Part shown: positions 27,875 to 38,358 of the stretch, piece after piece
Numbering within the stretch: position 1 is the first letter of the stretch
Layout of the letters: each line of letters begins with the position of its first letter
NCBI GenBank assembly: GCA_965261975.1
Contig: CBDHEC010000031.1
Coordinates: 1-43,780, forward strand
Direction of reading: 5' to 3'
Length of the DNA: 43,780 bases
Origin: Alphaproteobacteria bacterium
GTDB lineage: Bacteria > Pseudomonadota > Alphaproteobacteria > UBA6615
Made by a program: the position numbers and the translations under genes
The notes under the pieces: model-generated
Database searches by the model: none
The model's input: the letters and a program-made list of their open reading frames with translations, nothing else
Told to the model about the DNA's origin: nothing

Positions 27875-30800
27875 TTACCCGGCAAGCAGATTTCGCAACT
27901 GCCCATTGGCAACCGAGAGCATTGCCAGATCGATGGATTCGTTCGCGCGCAGATCATCCAGAAGCTGGCAGGTGCGTTCCACCGCGCCATTGCGCGAGCC
28001 GATCCAGGTTTCGATCACCCCGGCCGCAAACTTCGGGCCGAGCTTGCCACCGCCGGCAACGTCCAGGACATGATTGGTCAACGCAGACTGATGGCGATAG
28101 CTGTCATCTACGATGGAATCGATCGCGATCTTCTCCCACTCGCTCTCCGGCGTGATCTCCTTGGACGCGTGGCGCACCCAGTCGATTCCCAGCCGCGCCC
28201 CGAGCTCGAAGTAGATGCGGCCGGTATCCAGAACGAGCACACCGGACTCTCGCGCAATGCGCACGACATCTCCACCCGCCGACAGGACATCGAGGCTCGC
28301 GATCTGCCGGGCCAGGGCCTTTGGCACGCCCTCGCCGGAAAGCCGCGCGGTTGTCCGGTCGATGCCTTGCCGGTCCTCCGCCGCAACGATATCCGGCAAC
28401 GTCTTTGCCAGCTCACGAATGCCGGGCGCATAACGCTCGATCGTGTCCGCGATATCCAGCGGGCGGCGTGCATTGGCCAGGAACCAGATCGTCAGACGCT
28501 CGACCAGCTCCTCCAGCTCATGGGCCATCTCGTTCTGCGTCTCGGCCGTTACCGCAAGATCGAGCGCCTCGATATCGCGCCACAGCGGCCGCAGATCGAA
28601 GACATCGCGGGCTATGACATAGGCCCGCGCGACGTCATCCGCCGCGGCGCCGGACCGTTCGGTGAGATCGTGAACGAACGCGGCCCCCACCCGGTTGATC
28701 AGCGAGTTGGTTACATAGGTCGCGACGATTTCCCGGCGCAGGCGATGGCGCGACACCTGCGCCTCGAAACGCTTGCGCAGCGGGCGCGGGAAGTAGCGTG
28801 CCAAATCCTTGACCAGATAGGCGTCATCGGGAACATCGGTCGGCAGCAAATCACCGTAGAGCGCGATCTTCGCATGGGAGAAGAGCACGGCATATTCGGG
28901 CCGGGTCAGGCCCAGCCCGTCGGACTGCAGATCGGCCATACGTTCGTCATCGGGCAAATGCTCGATGGGGCGATCCAGCAAACCGCGCCGCTCCAGCGAG
29001 CGCATCACACGCCATTGGGATTCGAGGAGTTCCGGGGCCCGGCGCTCCGCCTGTGAAATCGCCTGGGTCTGCAGATAATTGTCGTTCAAGACCAGGTCCG
29101 ACACCTCGTCCGTCATCTGCTCGAGAAGCGCATTGCGTTGTTTCAGGTTCATATCACCGCCCGAAACGACATCGTCGAGCGCGATCTTGATATTCACCTC
29201 ATGGTCCGAACAATCCACGCCGGCCGAATTGTCGATGAAGTCGGTATTGATCCGGCCGCCCGCGCGGGCGTATTCGATCCGCCCCAGCTGGGTCACACCC
29301 AGATTGGCGCCCTCGCCGATCACCTTGCAACGCAGGGTCTTGGCATCGACGCGCACGGCATCATTCGAGCGGTCATCGGCGTCAGCCTGGCTTTCGCTGG
29401 TCGCCTTGATGTAGGTGCCGATCCCGCCAAACCAGAGCAGGTCGATCTCGGCCACGAGAATGGTCCGGATCAACTCGTTCGGAGTCATCTGATCGCGGGT
29501 GACCCCGAGCAGCTTCTTGATTTCGGCCGTGAGTTTGATCGACTTGGCAGAGCGCTCGAATATGCCGCCGCCCTTCGAGATCAGTTTCTTCTCATAGTCG
29601 GTCCAACTCGATCGCGGCAGCGCGAACAGGCGTTTGCGCTCGACGAAGCTCTTCGCCGGGTCAGGATTCGGATCGATGAAGATATGCATATGGTTGAACG
29701 CGGCAACCAGCTTGATGTGTTTCGACAACAGCATGCCGTTGCCGAACACGTCGCCCGACATATCGCCGACACCGACCGCGGTGAAGTCCGCGCTTTGGGT
29801 GTCGTGCCCGATCTCGCGGAAATGGCGCTTGACCGATTCCCACGCGCCCTTGGCGGTGATTCCCATTTTCTTGTGGTCATAACCGACCGAGCCGCCCGAC
29901 GCGAAGGCGTCGCCCAGCCAGAAGCCGTAATCCTGGCTGATACCGTTGGCGATGTCCGAGAACGTCGCGGTTCCCTTGTCCGCCGCCACCACCAGATACG
30001 GATCGTCTTCGTCGTAACGCACCACGGTCTCGGGGGGCACGATTTTGCCGCCGACCAGGTTGTCTGTGACATCCAGCAGTCCCCAGATCAGCGTGCTGTA
30101 GCAGGCGATGACTTCTTCCTGGGTCGCCTGGCGGTCGGCCTGGGGATCTCCCGTGGGGGCCGGCAGGTTCTTGCACACGAAGCCGCCCTTGGCGCCGACC
30201 GGCACAATCACCGAGTTCTTGACCATCTGGGCCTTCTGCAACCCGAGGATCTCCGTGCGGAAATCCTCGCGCCGGTCCGACCAGCGGATGCCGCCGCGCG
30301 CCACATCGCCGCCGCGCAGATGGCAACCCTCCATACGCGGGCTGTAGACGAAGATCTCCTTCTTCGGCCGCGGCTCGGGCAGGTCATCGACATTCGCGCT
30401 GTCGATCTTGAATGACGCGTAGGATTTGAACTCGCCGTCGTCATCCGTGGTGAAGAAGTTCGTGCGCAGCGTCACGTCAACGGCATTGGCGAACCGGCGA
30501 ATGATCCGGTCTTCATCCAGATTCGAGACGGCATCCAGTCCCGCAGCCAGGTCCCTGCGCAGTTTCTTGACCCGGCGTTCACTTGCCGGCGTGCCGGCCT
30601 GGGCCGGATCGAACCGTGCGACGAATAACTCGACGATGATGCGAGCCAGCTTCGGGTTATTTGCCAGCGTCTCTTCCATATAGGACTGGGAATAGGCGAT
30701 CCGGCTCTGCAGCAGGAACTTGCAGTAGGACCGCAGCACAAGGATTTCGCGCCATTCGAGGCCGGCCCCCAGGATCAGGTTGTTGAAACCGTCATCCGCG

Positions 30801-32749
30801 ACCGACTGGTCACAGACCCGGGCAAACCCCTCGTGGAAGGAATCACGCACCGCGGTCAGGTCGATCTCGGCCCCGGTACGGGATTCCATCTGGAAATCAT
30901 GCACCCAGACCGTACCGGTCCCCTCGCCATACTGATATTCGACCGCAAACGGCTCCTCGCCGATCACCTTCAGACCCATATTCTCGAGCATCGGAATCAC
31001 ATCCGACAGAGGTAGCGCCCGCTCCGCGTGATAAAGCTTCAGGTGTACGGTCTGCGCGGCATCGCCCTCCGGGCGATACAGGTTCAGTTGAAGATTCTCC
31101 GAAATGCGCGCCGCGTCGATCGACGCAATATCCCCCACCGCAGCGGCCGGGTCATAGCGATCGCGATAGGCTGGCGTGAAGGCGTGCCCATAGCGCTGGA
31201 ACATCACCAGGCCGACCTCTTCACCGCGCGCCTCGACGAGCGCGTCGCGTAGCCGGTCTTCCCACGACCGGGTCGCCTCGCGCAGCGCCGCCTCGATTTC
31301 CTCAATCCGGTAGGGCGGAATTCGGCCGGGCCCGGTTTTGATGACGAACAGGATTCTGGCGAGAACGGAATCTGTCCCGAAATCAGGGAAAAAAGCGACA
31401 CAGGAGCCGTCAAACGACTCCTCCAGAATCGCCGCCAGGCTCTCGCGAAGCTCGGTGTCGAAATGATCACTCGGCACGAAAACCAGGGCCGTGACGTAAC
31501 GCTGAAACGGATCCTCGCGAACGAACAGTGCGGTCCGCTGGCGTTCCTGCAAATGCAGGATGCCCAGCGCATTTTCAAGCAGCAGGTCTTCGTCGATCTG
31601 CAGCAACTCGTCGCGCGGATAGGTCTCCAGAATGTGCGCCAGCGCCTTGGAATCATGGCTTGAGGGCGGGAAGCCCGCGGCGTCGATCGCCGTCGCGATT
31701 TTCCGGCGCAGAATGGGAATGCGCGACGGGGAAACGCTGTAGGCGGTCGAGGTGAAAAGCCCGACGATCATGCGTTCGCCCGTCACCTTGCCCGACGCGT
31801 CGAACTTCTTCACACCGACCACATCCATATGGACGCGCCGGTGCACGGTTGCGCGCTGGTTCGCCTTCGTGATCATCACGAGATGGGGCTGGCGGATGAA
31901 CGACCGGACCTCATCGGGCAGGGGCGCATCATCCGCCCAGTTCTCGAAGATCGCCCGATCGGCATCGCGCAGAACCCCCAGCCCACCGGCTTGTGCCTTC
32001 AGCTTCTGCTTCGCGCCCGTGCCCACATGGTCGTATTCCCGATAGCCCAGGAAAGTAAAATGATCGTCGAGCATCCACTCGACGAACGCGCGGGTTTCCT
32101 CGACCTCCGCCTTGGTAATCTTCGTCGACTGCGCATCCAGGTCCGCAAGAATACCCGTGACCTCGCCGCGCATCGCCTGCCAGTCCTGGACCGATGCGCT
32201 GACATCCTGCAACACCTGCTCAAGCCGCGCCGTCAGATTGGCCAGGGTCTTGGGGTCCGTCAGTTCATTCACTTCGAAATGCATGAAGCTTTCGGCGCGC
32301 GCGCCATCTTCGGGCCGCGCGGCGCAATTCTTCATCTTGCCTGCGGCGGTGCGCGTCACCTGGAAGATCGGGTGGATCACCAGATGCACGGTCAGGCCCT
32401 GATAGTTCAGCTCCGCCGTAACCGAATCGACCAGAAACGGCATGTCCTCGGTCGCAATCTCGATGACCGTGTGCGAACCATCCCAGCCATGATCCTTCTG
32501 GCGCGGATTGAAGACCCGGATCAGGGGCTCTCCGGGCAAACGCTTTTGGGCAAACCGAAGATAGGATTGCGCCGACTCAAAGAGCGTTTCGGTGTCCATC
32601 TCCGCAATGTCGGCCGGGGGCACATTGGCGTAATAGTCGCGCACGAAGTTCGCGCAGGTCACCGCAGCGTCGCCATTGAGACGTTTTCGGGCGAGCTGCG
32701 CCGCCTTGGTGACCAGGTTTTTCTTCCGCGTGGTGCTGCGCGTCGCCAT
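27875..32749 (-). CDS. gdhB: Large NAD-specific glutamate dehydrogenase (GdhB/GdhZ type, about 1600 aa)
   Basis: DMPFLVDS, HLRGG.VARGGIRWSDR.EDFRTE, KNSVIVPVGAKGGF, DDPYLVVAADKGTATFSD, GVGDMSGDVFGNG and DNSAGVDCSDHEVNIKI. Confidence 0.96.
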   Translation of the reverse strand: MATRSTTRKKNLVTKAAQLARKRLNGDAAVTCANFVRDYYANVPPADIAEMDTETLFESAQSYLRFAQKRLPGEPLIRVFNPRQKDHGWDGSHTVIEIATEDMPFLVDSVTAELNYQGLTVHLVIHPIFQVTRTAAGKMKNCAARPEDGARAESFMHFEVNELTDPKTLANLTARLEQVLQDVSASVQDWQAMRGEVTGILADLDAQSTKITKAEVEETRAFVEWMLDDHFTFLGYREYDHVGTGAKQKLKAQAGGLGVLRDADRAIFENWADDAPLPDEVRSFIRQPHLVMITKANQRATVHRRVHMDVVGVKKFDASGKVTGERMIVGLFTSTAYSVSPSRIPILRRKIATAIDAAGFPPSSHDSKALAHILETYPRDELLQIDEDLLLENALGILHLQERQRTALFVREDPFQRYVTALVFVPSDHFDTELRESLAAILEESFDGSCVAFFPDFGTDSVLARILFVIKTGPGRIPPYRIEEIEAALREATRSWEDRLRDALVEARGEEVGLVMFQRYGHAFTPAYRDRYDPAAAVGDIASIDAARISENLQLNLYRPEGDAAQTVHLKLYHAERALPLSDVIPMLENMGLKVIGEEPFAVEYQYGEGTGTVWVHDFQMESRTGAEIDLTAVRDSFHEGFARVCDQSVADDGFNNLILGAGLEWREILVLRSYCKFLLQSRIAYSQSYMEETLANNPKLARIIVELFVARFDPAQAGTPASERRVKKLRRDLAAGLDAVSNLDEDRIIRRFANAVDVTLRTNFFTTDDDGEFKSYASFKIDSANVDDLPEPRPKKEIFVYSPRMEGCHLRGGDVARGGIRWSDRREDFRTEILGLQKAQMVKNSVIVPVGAKGGFVCKNLPAPTGDPQADRQATQEEVIACYSTLIWGLLDVTDNLVGGKIVPPETVVRYDEDDPYLVVAADKGTATFSDIANGISQDYGFWLGDAFASGGSVGYDHKKMGITAKGAWESVKRHFREIGHDTQSADFTAVGVGDMSGDVFGNGMLLSKHIKLVAAFNHMHIFIDPNPDPAKSFVERKRLFALPRSSWTDYEKKLISKGGGIFERSAKSIKLTAEIKKLLGVTRDQMTPNELIRTILVAEIDLLWFGGIGTYIKATSESQADADDRSNDAVRVDAKTLRCKVIGEGANLGVTQLGRIEYARAGGRINTDFIDNSAGVDCSDHEVNIKIALDDVVSGGDMNLKQRNALLEQMTDEVSDLVLNDNYLQTQAISQAERRAPELLESQWRVMRSLERRGLLDRPIEHLPDDERMADLQSDGLGLTRPEYAVLFSHAKIALYGDLLPTDVPDDAYLVKDLARYFPRPLRKRFEAQVSRHRLRREIVATYVTNSLINRVGAAFVHDLTERSGAAADDVARAYVIARDVFDLRPLWRDIEALDLAVTAETQNEMAHELEELVERLTIWFLANARRPLDIADTIERYAPGIRELAKTLPDIVAAEDRQGIDRTTARLSGEGVPKALARQIASLDVLSAGGDVVRIARESGVLVLDTGRIYFELGARLGIDWVRHASKEITPESEWEKIAIDSIVDDSYRHQSALTNHVLDVAGGGKLGPKFAAGVIETWIGSRNGAVERTCQLLDDLRANESIDLAMLSVANGQLRNLLAG

Positions 32750-32849
32750 AGAAATATTCCCTTCAATCCCCTGCGCACGAGCGTCCGAATCTTTCGGAAA
32801 GCCGTCGAGCGCCTTTCGGTTGCGTCAAACATACGAACCGATTGGTAAA

Positions 32850-32885
32850 ACATGGTTAACACCGGCAAGCATTCGTTAACCATGT
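32850..32885. promoter_or_regulatory. Perfect 11-bp inverted repeat containing two TTAACCAT (CtrA-like) elements
   Basis: ACATGGTTAAC-N14-GTTAACCATGT in the divergent gdh/hypothetical intergenic region. Confidence 0.55.
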
Positions 32886-32952
32886 CTTTTCATACTGCGC
32901 GTGATGACAATTGCGCCTATGGCGCCGCCATTCCGGAAACTTGAACCCCGCC

Positions 32953-33318
32953 ATGACCGCACACGACATCAACACCGCGCCCGATCTGCCTATTCCCCTG
33001 CTCGACCGTCTGCCCGAAGCGCTGCGCGCCAGTCTCACGCCAGAACAGCGGCACGCGCTCTCCAACTTCGTCGAACTGGCGCCGGCCAACGCGCACCCGG
33101 TCGATCTCCGCGTCACCGTACCGTTGCCCGGGCGCCCGATGTTCCTGTCGGTTCTTGCCGGGCCGGAACGGCGCTCGAAAGTCCGCCGTTCCATCGAGCG
33201 TCGACGACACCCGTTGCACACCATCGGCAATATCATTTTCCTAGGCTCCAGCCTGTTTGGTTTCTACGCGCTGGGCCTGGTCGCGTTTCTGGCCGCCGGT
33301 TCCGTGCTCCAGTTCTGA
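32953..33318 (+). CDS. Small hypothetical protein with C-terminal transmembrane segment
   Basis: 121 aa, HPVDLRV..P and LAGPERRS..R..ERRRHPL followed by a hydrophobic tail. Fills the gap divergent from gdh. Confidence 0.65.
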   Translation: MTAHDINTAPDLPIPLLDRLPEALRASLTPEQRHALSNFVELAPANAHPVDLRVTVPLPGRPMFLSVLAGPERRSKVRRSIERRRHPLHTIGNIIFLGSSLFGFYALGLVAFLAAGSVLQF

Positions 33319-33427
33319 CCTGACATTTCGTCCCACCCTCTGAGCGGCTTGCGCCTGCGAGACTTGTTCCGGGGCCGAAATTACGAGACCCTTTTGGCGG
33401 ACTGACGTTCATCCAGGGGGAACCGCC

Positions 33428-34465
33428 TTGCGTCTCGTGACATTCTCGGCCGATGGCTCACAGCACCTCGGCGCCTTCATCAACAACGACACATCCATCG
33501 TCGACCTCGCCGCGGCGGCCCACGAGGTCTTCCCCGACGACCAGAACACGGCATTCACGTCCATGCTCGCCCTGATTGACGGCGGCGAGCCCGCATTGGC
33601 ACGCGCATTCGAGCTTTGCGACCGGACAATCACCTGGGGCATCGACAGCGCGATCCGCCCCCGCGACGGCGTCCGGCTCGAAGCGCCGCTGCCCAATCCG
33701 CGCCGCCTGCGTGATTGCGCCTGTTTTCTGCAGCATCTGCGCAACGCCCGCGAAGTCCGGCACACCCGCCTTGCCGCTCGCGAGGACGACCCGGAGGCGG
33801 CGCTTGAACGCTACCGCGCCGCCGGCGCGCTTGATGTCCCGCCGGAATGGGTCGCCGCCCCGGTGTATCTCAACAGCAACCATCTCAGCATCATCGGCCC
33901 GGAGGACGAAGCCATCTGGCCCCATGAGGCGCGGCGCATGGATTATGAGCTCGAATGGGCCATGATCACGGGCCGCACCGGGTCGAACCTCACGGCCGCC
34001 ACCGCGGCCGACCATATTTTCGGCTACACGATCTTCAACGACATCAGCGCCCGGGACATTCAGGCGATCGAGATCCGCAGCGGCGCGGGCATGGGCGGTC
34101 CGGGCAAGGATTTCGACGCGGGCAACGTCTTCGGTCCCTGCATCGTGACGGCCGACGAGATCAAGAACCCGTATGATCTCACCATGTGCGCCCGGATCAA
34201 CGGCGACGAGTGGAGCCGGGGTAATTCCGGCATGATGGATCACCGTTTCGAGGGCGTGCTCGAACATCTGAGCCAGAACCAGACGATCCATGCCGGCGAG
34301 GTCTTCGGGTCCGGCACGGTCCCGACCGGCTGCGGGCTCGAGTACAACCGCTACCTCGAGGACGGCGACGTGATCGAGCTCGATGTCGAGGGCATCGGCG
34401 TGCTGACCACGAAAATCGTCAAACCCGCCGACTGGCGCGACCGGAAGAAACCCGACCAGAACTGA
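33428..34465 (+). CDS. Fumarylacetoacetate hydrolase family protein
   Basis: MRLVTF, DYELE, IFGYTIFNDISARDIQ, KDF, GPCIVT, GSGT and GCGLE. TTG start with AGGGGG RBS. Confidence 0.9.
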   Translation: MRLVTFSADGSQHLGAFINNDTSIVDLAAAAHEVFPDDQNTAFTSMLALIDGGEPALARAFELCDRTITWGIDSAIRPRDGVRLEAPLPNPRRLRDCACFLQHLRNAREVRHTRLAAREDDPEAALERYRAAGALDVPPEWVAAPVYLNSNHLSIIGPEDEAIWPHEARRMDYELEWAMITGRTGSNLTAATAADHIFGYTIFNDISARDIQAIEIRSGAGMGGPGKDFDAGNVFGPCIVTADEIKNPYDLTMCARINGDEWSRGNSGMMDHRFEGVLEHLSQNQTIHAGEVFGSGTVPTGCGLEYNRYLEDGDVIELDVEGIGVLTTKIVKPADWRDRKKPDQN

Positions 34466-34475
34466 GGAGACCGAC

Positions 34476-35015
34476 ATGCCACGCGACATCCGCCGGGTGA
34501 TCACCGGCCATGACGACAAGGGCAACGCCATCGTCGCGATCGACGAGACCATGACCCCCGACATGGGCCATGTGCTGACCCCGGAGGGTCAGCCCAATGT
34601 GCGCCTGTCGGATGTCTGGCTCTCGAGCAGCATCCCCGCAAGCAACGAAGGCAATGCCGACACGGTTGGCGACAAGGTGACCCTTGAACCGCCGGCCGGC
34701 GGCGCGGTGTTCCGCGTGCTGGAGATTCCGCCGGACTCCCAGCGCAACTACGACACGATGAAGAAGTATTTCGAGCAGATGGGTGCGGGCGAGCGCCTCG
34801 ACGGGCAGAAGCACCCCGGCATGCACAAGACGAAGTCGGTCGACTATCTGATCGTCATCTCCGGCGAGGTCTGGCTGATCCTCGACGAGGAAGAGGTCTG
34901 CCTCAAGGCGGGCGACACCTGCGTCCAGCGCGGCACATTGCACGCCTGGTCGAACCGCACCGAGGAACCCTGTCTGCTGGCCGGTATCCTGCTGGATGCG
35001 GACCCGCTCGGTTAG
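34476..35015 (+). CDS. Cupin domain protein
   Basis: RRVITGHD..G, MHKTKSVDY, GE, and GD..VQRGT.HAW.NR. GAGGAG RBS. Confidence 0.88.
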   Translation: MPRDIRRVITGHDDKGNAIVAIDETMTPDMGHVLTPEGQPNVRLSDVWLSSSIPASNEGNADTVGDKVTLEPPAGGAVFRVLEIPPDSQRNYDTMKKYFEQMGAGERLDGQKHPGMHKTKSVDYLIVISGEVWLILDEEEVCLKAGDTCVQRGTLHAWSNRTEEPCLLAGILLDADPLG

Positions 35016-35179
35016 AAAAGCAATGCCGCGCCCGATCTTCACAGATCACGGCGAAGATCCAGCCGACCTAGGTGGGGTATTATTCTACTATCGGAAAAAA
35101 AGGATTTGCCGTCCGGCTTCCTAAGAAGATACGCTTTTCGGACAATAAACTAGAAAACAATCAGGGGGTGGTCCCAGTT

Positions 35180-36169
35180 ATGAAACGCTTTACATCATTT
35201 GCCGCTGCGGCCGCGGCTGTTATCGGGTTCACATTCGTGACGCCCGGCACCGCAACTGCCGCGGATTTCCCGAGCAAACCCGTCCAGCTCCAGGTGCCGT
35301 TCGCACCGGGCGGCGGCGCCGACCGGACATTCCGTCTGTTCGCACCGTATCTCTCCGAGGAACTCGGTGTGCCCGTGAAGGTCACCAACGTCGCCGGCGG
35401 CGGCGGTTGGGTTTCGTGGACCCAGGTCGTCAATGACTGGAACGCGAAACGCGACGATCACAAGCTGGCCGTCGTCAACATTCCGCACATCTTCTCGTTC
35501 CTGAACCCGGCCATGAAGCGCTCGGAGAAGCTCGAGTCCTTCAACTTCCTGGCCTGGCACTCCTATGACCCGGGCCTGTGGCTCGTGCGCTGGGACGACG
35601 AGCGGTTCAAGGATCTGAACGACGTCCTCGCCTATGCTCAGAAGCAGCCGATCATCGTTGCCCCGGGCAGCTTCGGCAGTGATGACCATATCGGTGTCGC
35701 ATTCGCTCAGCAGGCCGTTCCCGGCTTCAAGGCGAAGTTCGTGACCAGCCGCGGTGACAACTCCAAGATCCAGCTCGCGCTGGGCAAGCATGTGGACTTG
35801 ATTGCCGCCAACGTCGGCTTCTTCATCCCCTCCATCGAGGAAAAGAAGCTGCGGCCGATCGCGGTGCTGCATCCGAGCCGCTGGGAACTGCTGCCGGACG
35901 TCCCGACCTTCCAGGAGATCACCGGCAAGACCAACATCACCTATGCCGGTCGGACACTGGCGACGGCCAACGGCCTCGAGGAAGAGAAGCGTGCGATCTA
36001 TCTCGACGCCATCAAGAAGGCGATCGTCAATCCTGAGTATGTGGCCAAGGAAGCCGCCAACAAGAACCACCTCATGTTCGCCGAGGGCGACGAGATGTGG
36101 AATCTCCTGCGCGAAGGCCAGAAGGTCGCCGAGCAGGCCGCCTACTGGGAGCAGGAAGGCGTCCAGTAA
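35180..36169 (+). CDS. tctC: Tripartite tricarboxylate transporter substrate-binding protein (TctC/Bug)
   Basis: Signal peptide MKRFTS...ATA-A, FPSKPV..VPFAPGGGAD, NVAGGGG and LPDVPTF.E. Confidence 0.88.
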   Translation: MKRFTSFAAAAAAVIGFTFVTPGTATAADFPSKPVQLQVPFAPGGGADRTFRLFAPYLSEELGVPVKVTNVAGGGGWVSWTQVVNDWNAKRDDHKLAVVNIPHIFSFLNPAMKRSEKLESFNFLAWHSYDPGLWLVRWDDERFKDLNDVLAYAQKQPIIVAPGSFGSDDHIGVAFAQQAVPGFKAKFVTSRGDNSKIQLALGKHVDLIAANVGFFIPSIEEKKLRPIAVLHPSRWELLPDVPTFQEITGKTNITYAGRTLATANGLEEEKRAIYLDAIKKAIVNPEYVAKEAANKNHLMFAEGDEMWNLLREGQKVAEQAAYWEQEGVQ

Positions 36170-36203
36170 GCATACGGGTACCGGAAACAACGTTTCCTGA
36201 AAG

Positions 36204-36234
36204 CACGCCCCGTCGGTCGATCCGGCGGGGCGTG
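36204..36234 (+). terminator. GC-rich stem-loop after tctC (mRNA-stabilising hairpin or partial terminator)
   Basis: CACGCCCCGTCGG-TCGAT-CCGGCGGGGCGTG: 13-bp stem with one G-U pair and no U tract. Confidence 0.5.
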
Positions 36235-36295
36235 TCATCCCGTTCAATGCGCTAACAACACTACGTTGCACGAGACATCCCGGGGGGAGATTCTC

Positions 36296-36745
36296 ATGAC
36301 ACGATTGATGGCTGAACGGCTGGTTGCCATAGGTCTGATTCTGGCAGCCGGTTTCATGTACACCCGCACAATTGGCTGGCCACAACGCGCCGGTGCGTTC
36401 CCGCAGTTTGCGGAAATCGGCATCATGGTGCTCGCCTTCGGCATGCTCTTGCGCTCCCTCACGGCCCGGGACAAAGAGCGTCTCAAGGGCATGGTGAATT
36501 TCGACTTCTCCTACACCGCCTGGAAGCCCATCTATGTGATGCTGGTCGGCGTTGTGTATTCCATCGCCGTGTTCGAGATCGGCTTCTACGTCACCTCCTT
36601 CTTTTTCTATTTTATCGCGGCCTACATGACCGGCCTGCGCGATCACAAGCTGATCGTGCTCACAGCCGTCATCCTGTTCCCGCTGCTCTACGCCTTCTTC
36701 ACCCTGGTCCTCGGCGCATTTCTGCCCGAAGGCATTCTTTTCTAG
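36296..36745 (+). CDS. tctB: Tripartite tricarboxylate transporter small membrane subunit TctB
   Basis: 149 aa, 4-5 TMs, FP near the N-terminus, IGFY and terminal LPEG. Lies between tctC and tctA. Confidence 0.85.
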   Translation: MTRLMAERLVAIGLILAAGFMYTRTIGWPQRAGAFPQFAEIGIMVLAFGMLLRSLTARDKERLKGMVNFDFSYTAWKPIYVMLVGVVYSIAVFEIGFYVTSFFFYFIAAYMTGLRDHKLIVLTAVILFPLLYAFFTLVLGAFLPEGILF

Positions 36746-36766
36746 CGCCCGGAGAGGAACCAGATC

Positions 36767-38299
36767 ATGGAAAGCATCGATTTTCTCCTGAACGTTCTGA
36801 CCCTGGCCAACCTTGGCGCCATGTTCGTCGGCATCGTCGTCGGCCTCATCATCGGCGCCATCCCGGGCCTCGGACCGCCCATGGCCATCGCCCTGATGAT
36901 CCCGATCTCGTTCGAGTGGCCGGCCGAAACCGCGCTCATCCTGATGGTCTCGACCTATGCCGCCGGAATCTACGGCGGCTCCTTCACGGCGATTCTGCTG
37001 CGCGCGCCGGGTACCTCGGCCTCGGCGGCCTCGGCCATCGAAGGCTATGAGATGACCAAGCGCGGCCGCGCGACAGAGGCCATCCGCATGTCCACCTTCG
37101 CGTCGGTGATGGGAGGCCTGATCTCGGGCTTCGCACTGTTGTATCTCTCGCCGCCGCTGGCCAAGGTCTCTCTCCTGTTCGGGCCATCGGAATTCTTCGT
37201 GGTGGCCTTGTTGGGCCTGACGGCAATCGCCGCCGTGTCCTTCGGCGCCGTCCTGAAGGGCCTGATTGCCGGGCTTGCCGGCCTGCTGATCAGCACCATC
37301 GGTGTCGACGCGGCCTCGGCGTTCCCCCGCTTCACATATGGCGCGACCGGGCTCCTGTCGGGCGTCGGCATCCTGCCCGCCGTGATCGGCCTCTTCGCCT
37401 TCGCCCAGGCCCTGACCCTGTGCGAGGGAAGCCCGAAAACCAACATCTCGGGCCGGGCCAAGCTCAGCTGGAACATCCTGCCCCGCGTCTCGGAGATCAT
37501 GCATTGCCGCTGGTCGCTCGCGCGCGGCTGGGTCACCGGTCTGGTCATGGGCATCGTGCCCGCCGCCGGCGCCAGCGTCGCCCAGTGGATCGCCTATGCC
37601 TGGGAAATCCAGCGCGGCAAGGAAGGCGACAAGTTCGGCGAGGGCGAGGTCAAGGGCCTCGCCGCAACGGAAGGCTCCAACAATGGCGTGACGGGGACCT
37701 CCCTGATCCCCATGTTCGTGCTCGGTATCCCCGGCGGTATCTCGGCGGCGGTTATCCTCGGCGCGCTCATGATCCACGGGCTGCAACCGGGCGACCGGCT
37801 GTTCACGGATTCTCCCGAGGTCATCTTCACCGTGATCTGGGGCTTCATCCTCGCCAACTTCTTCATGGGCGGGATCGCCGCCGTGATGGCGCGCCTGCTG
37901 GCCTATGTGACCCTGTTCCCGCGGGGCCTGCTGGCTCCGATCATCATGATCTTCTGCGTCGTCGGCACCTTCGCCGCGAGCGGAAACCCGTGGGATGTCT
38001 GGATCATGGTGGCCATGGGTATCATCGGCTACCTGGCGCAGAAATATAACTTCTCGCCGGCCGGCATCCTGCTGGGCATCATCCTGGGCCCGATCGCCGA
38101 GGAAGGGCTGCGCAATGTGCTGATTGTCTCCGACGATCAGCCCTTCCAGTTCATCTTCAGCCGTTGGATCTCGGACGTCATCATCTTCATGATCGTCATC
38201 GCGCTTTACTATTCGTTCAAGCCGAAGGCCTGGGATCAGGCCGTCGAACAGGGCGAAGCGACTCTTGCGGCCGGTGAAGAAACGAAGGATGCCTCCTAA
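36767..38299 (+). CDS. tctA: Tripartite tricarboxylate transporter permease TctA
   Basis: GAIPGLG, YGGSFTAIL..PG, EGYEM, FGPSEFF, E.SNN, LIPMFVLGIPG, HGLQPG and LGIILGP. Confidence 0.93.
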   Translation: MESIDFLLNVLTLANLGAMFVGIVVGLIIGAIPGLGPPMAIALMIPISFEWPAETALILMVSTYAAGIYGGSFTAILLRAPGTSASAASAIEGYEMTKRGRATEAIRMSTFASVMGGLISGFALLYLSPPLAKVSLLFGPSEFFVVALLGLTAIAAVSFGAVLKGLIAGLAGLLISTIGVDAASAFPRFTYGATGLLSGVGILPAVIGLFAFAQALTLCEGSPKTNISGRAKLSWNILPRVSEIMHCRWSLARGWVTGLVMGIVPAAGASVAQWIAYAWEIQRGKEGDKFGEGEVKGLAATEGSNNGVTGTSLIPMFVLGIPGGISAAVILGALMIHGLQPGDRLFTDSPEVIFTVIWGFILANFFMGGIAAVMARLLAYVTLFPRGLLAPIIMIFCVVGTFAASGNPWDVWIMVAMGIIGYLAQKYNFSPAGILLGIILGPIAEEGLRNVLIVSDDQPFQFIFSRWISDVIIFMIVIALYYSFKPKAWDQAVEQGEATLAAGEETKDAS

Positions 38300-38358
38300 C
38301 CGATGCCTGGTTTCCACGTGAGTATGTTGCCAACCCCGGCGCGCACCGGGAGACACTG

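Noticed and set aside
36167-36767. tctC, tctB and tctA are in frame with stop-free spacers, suggesting read-through fusion
   Set aside because: Each gene has its own RBS and start, and the stops differ (TAA, TAG). Chance explains this adequately in GC-rich DNA.
35195-38356. 1053-aa antisense ORF across tctCBA (also 38296-40512 and many other long antisense ORFs)
   Set aside because: Shadow of high-GC codon bias. tctC, tctB and tctA share one frame, so the antisense frame stays open. No recognisable motifs.
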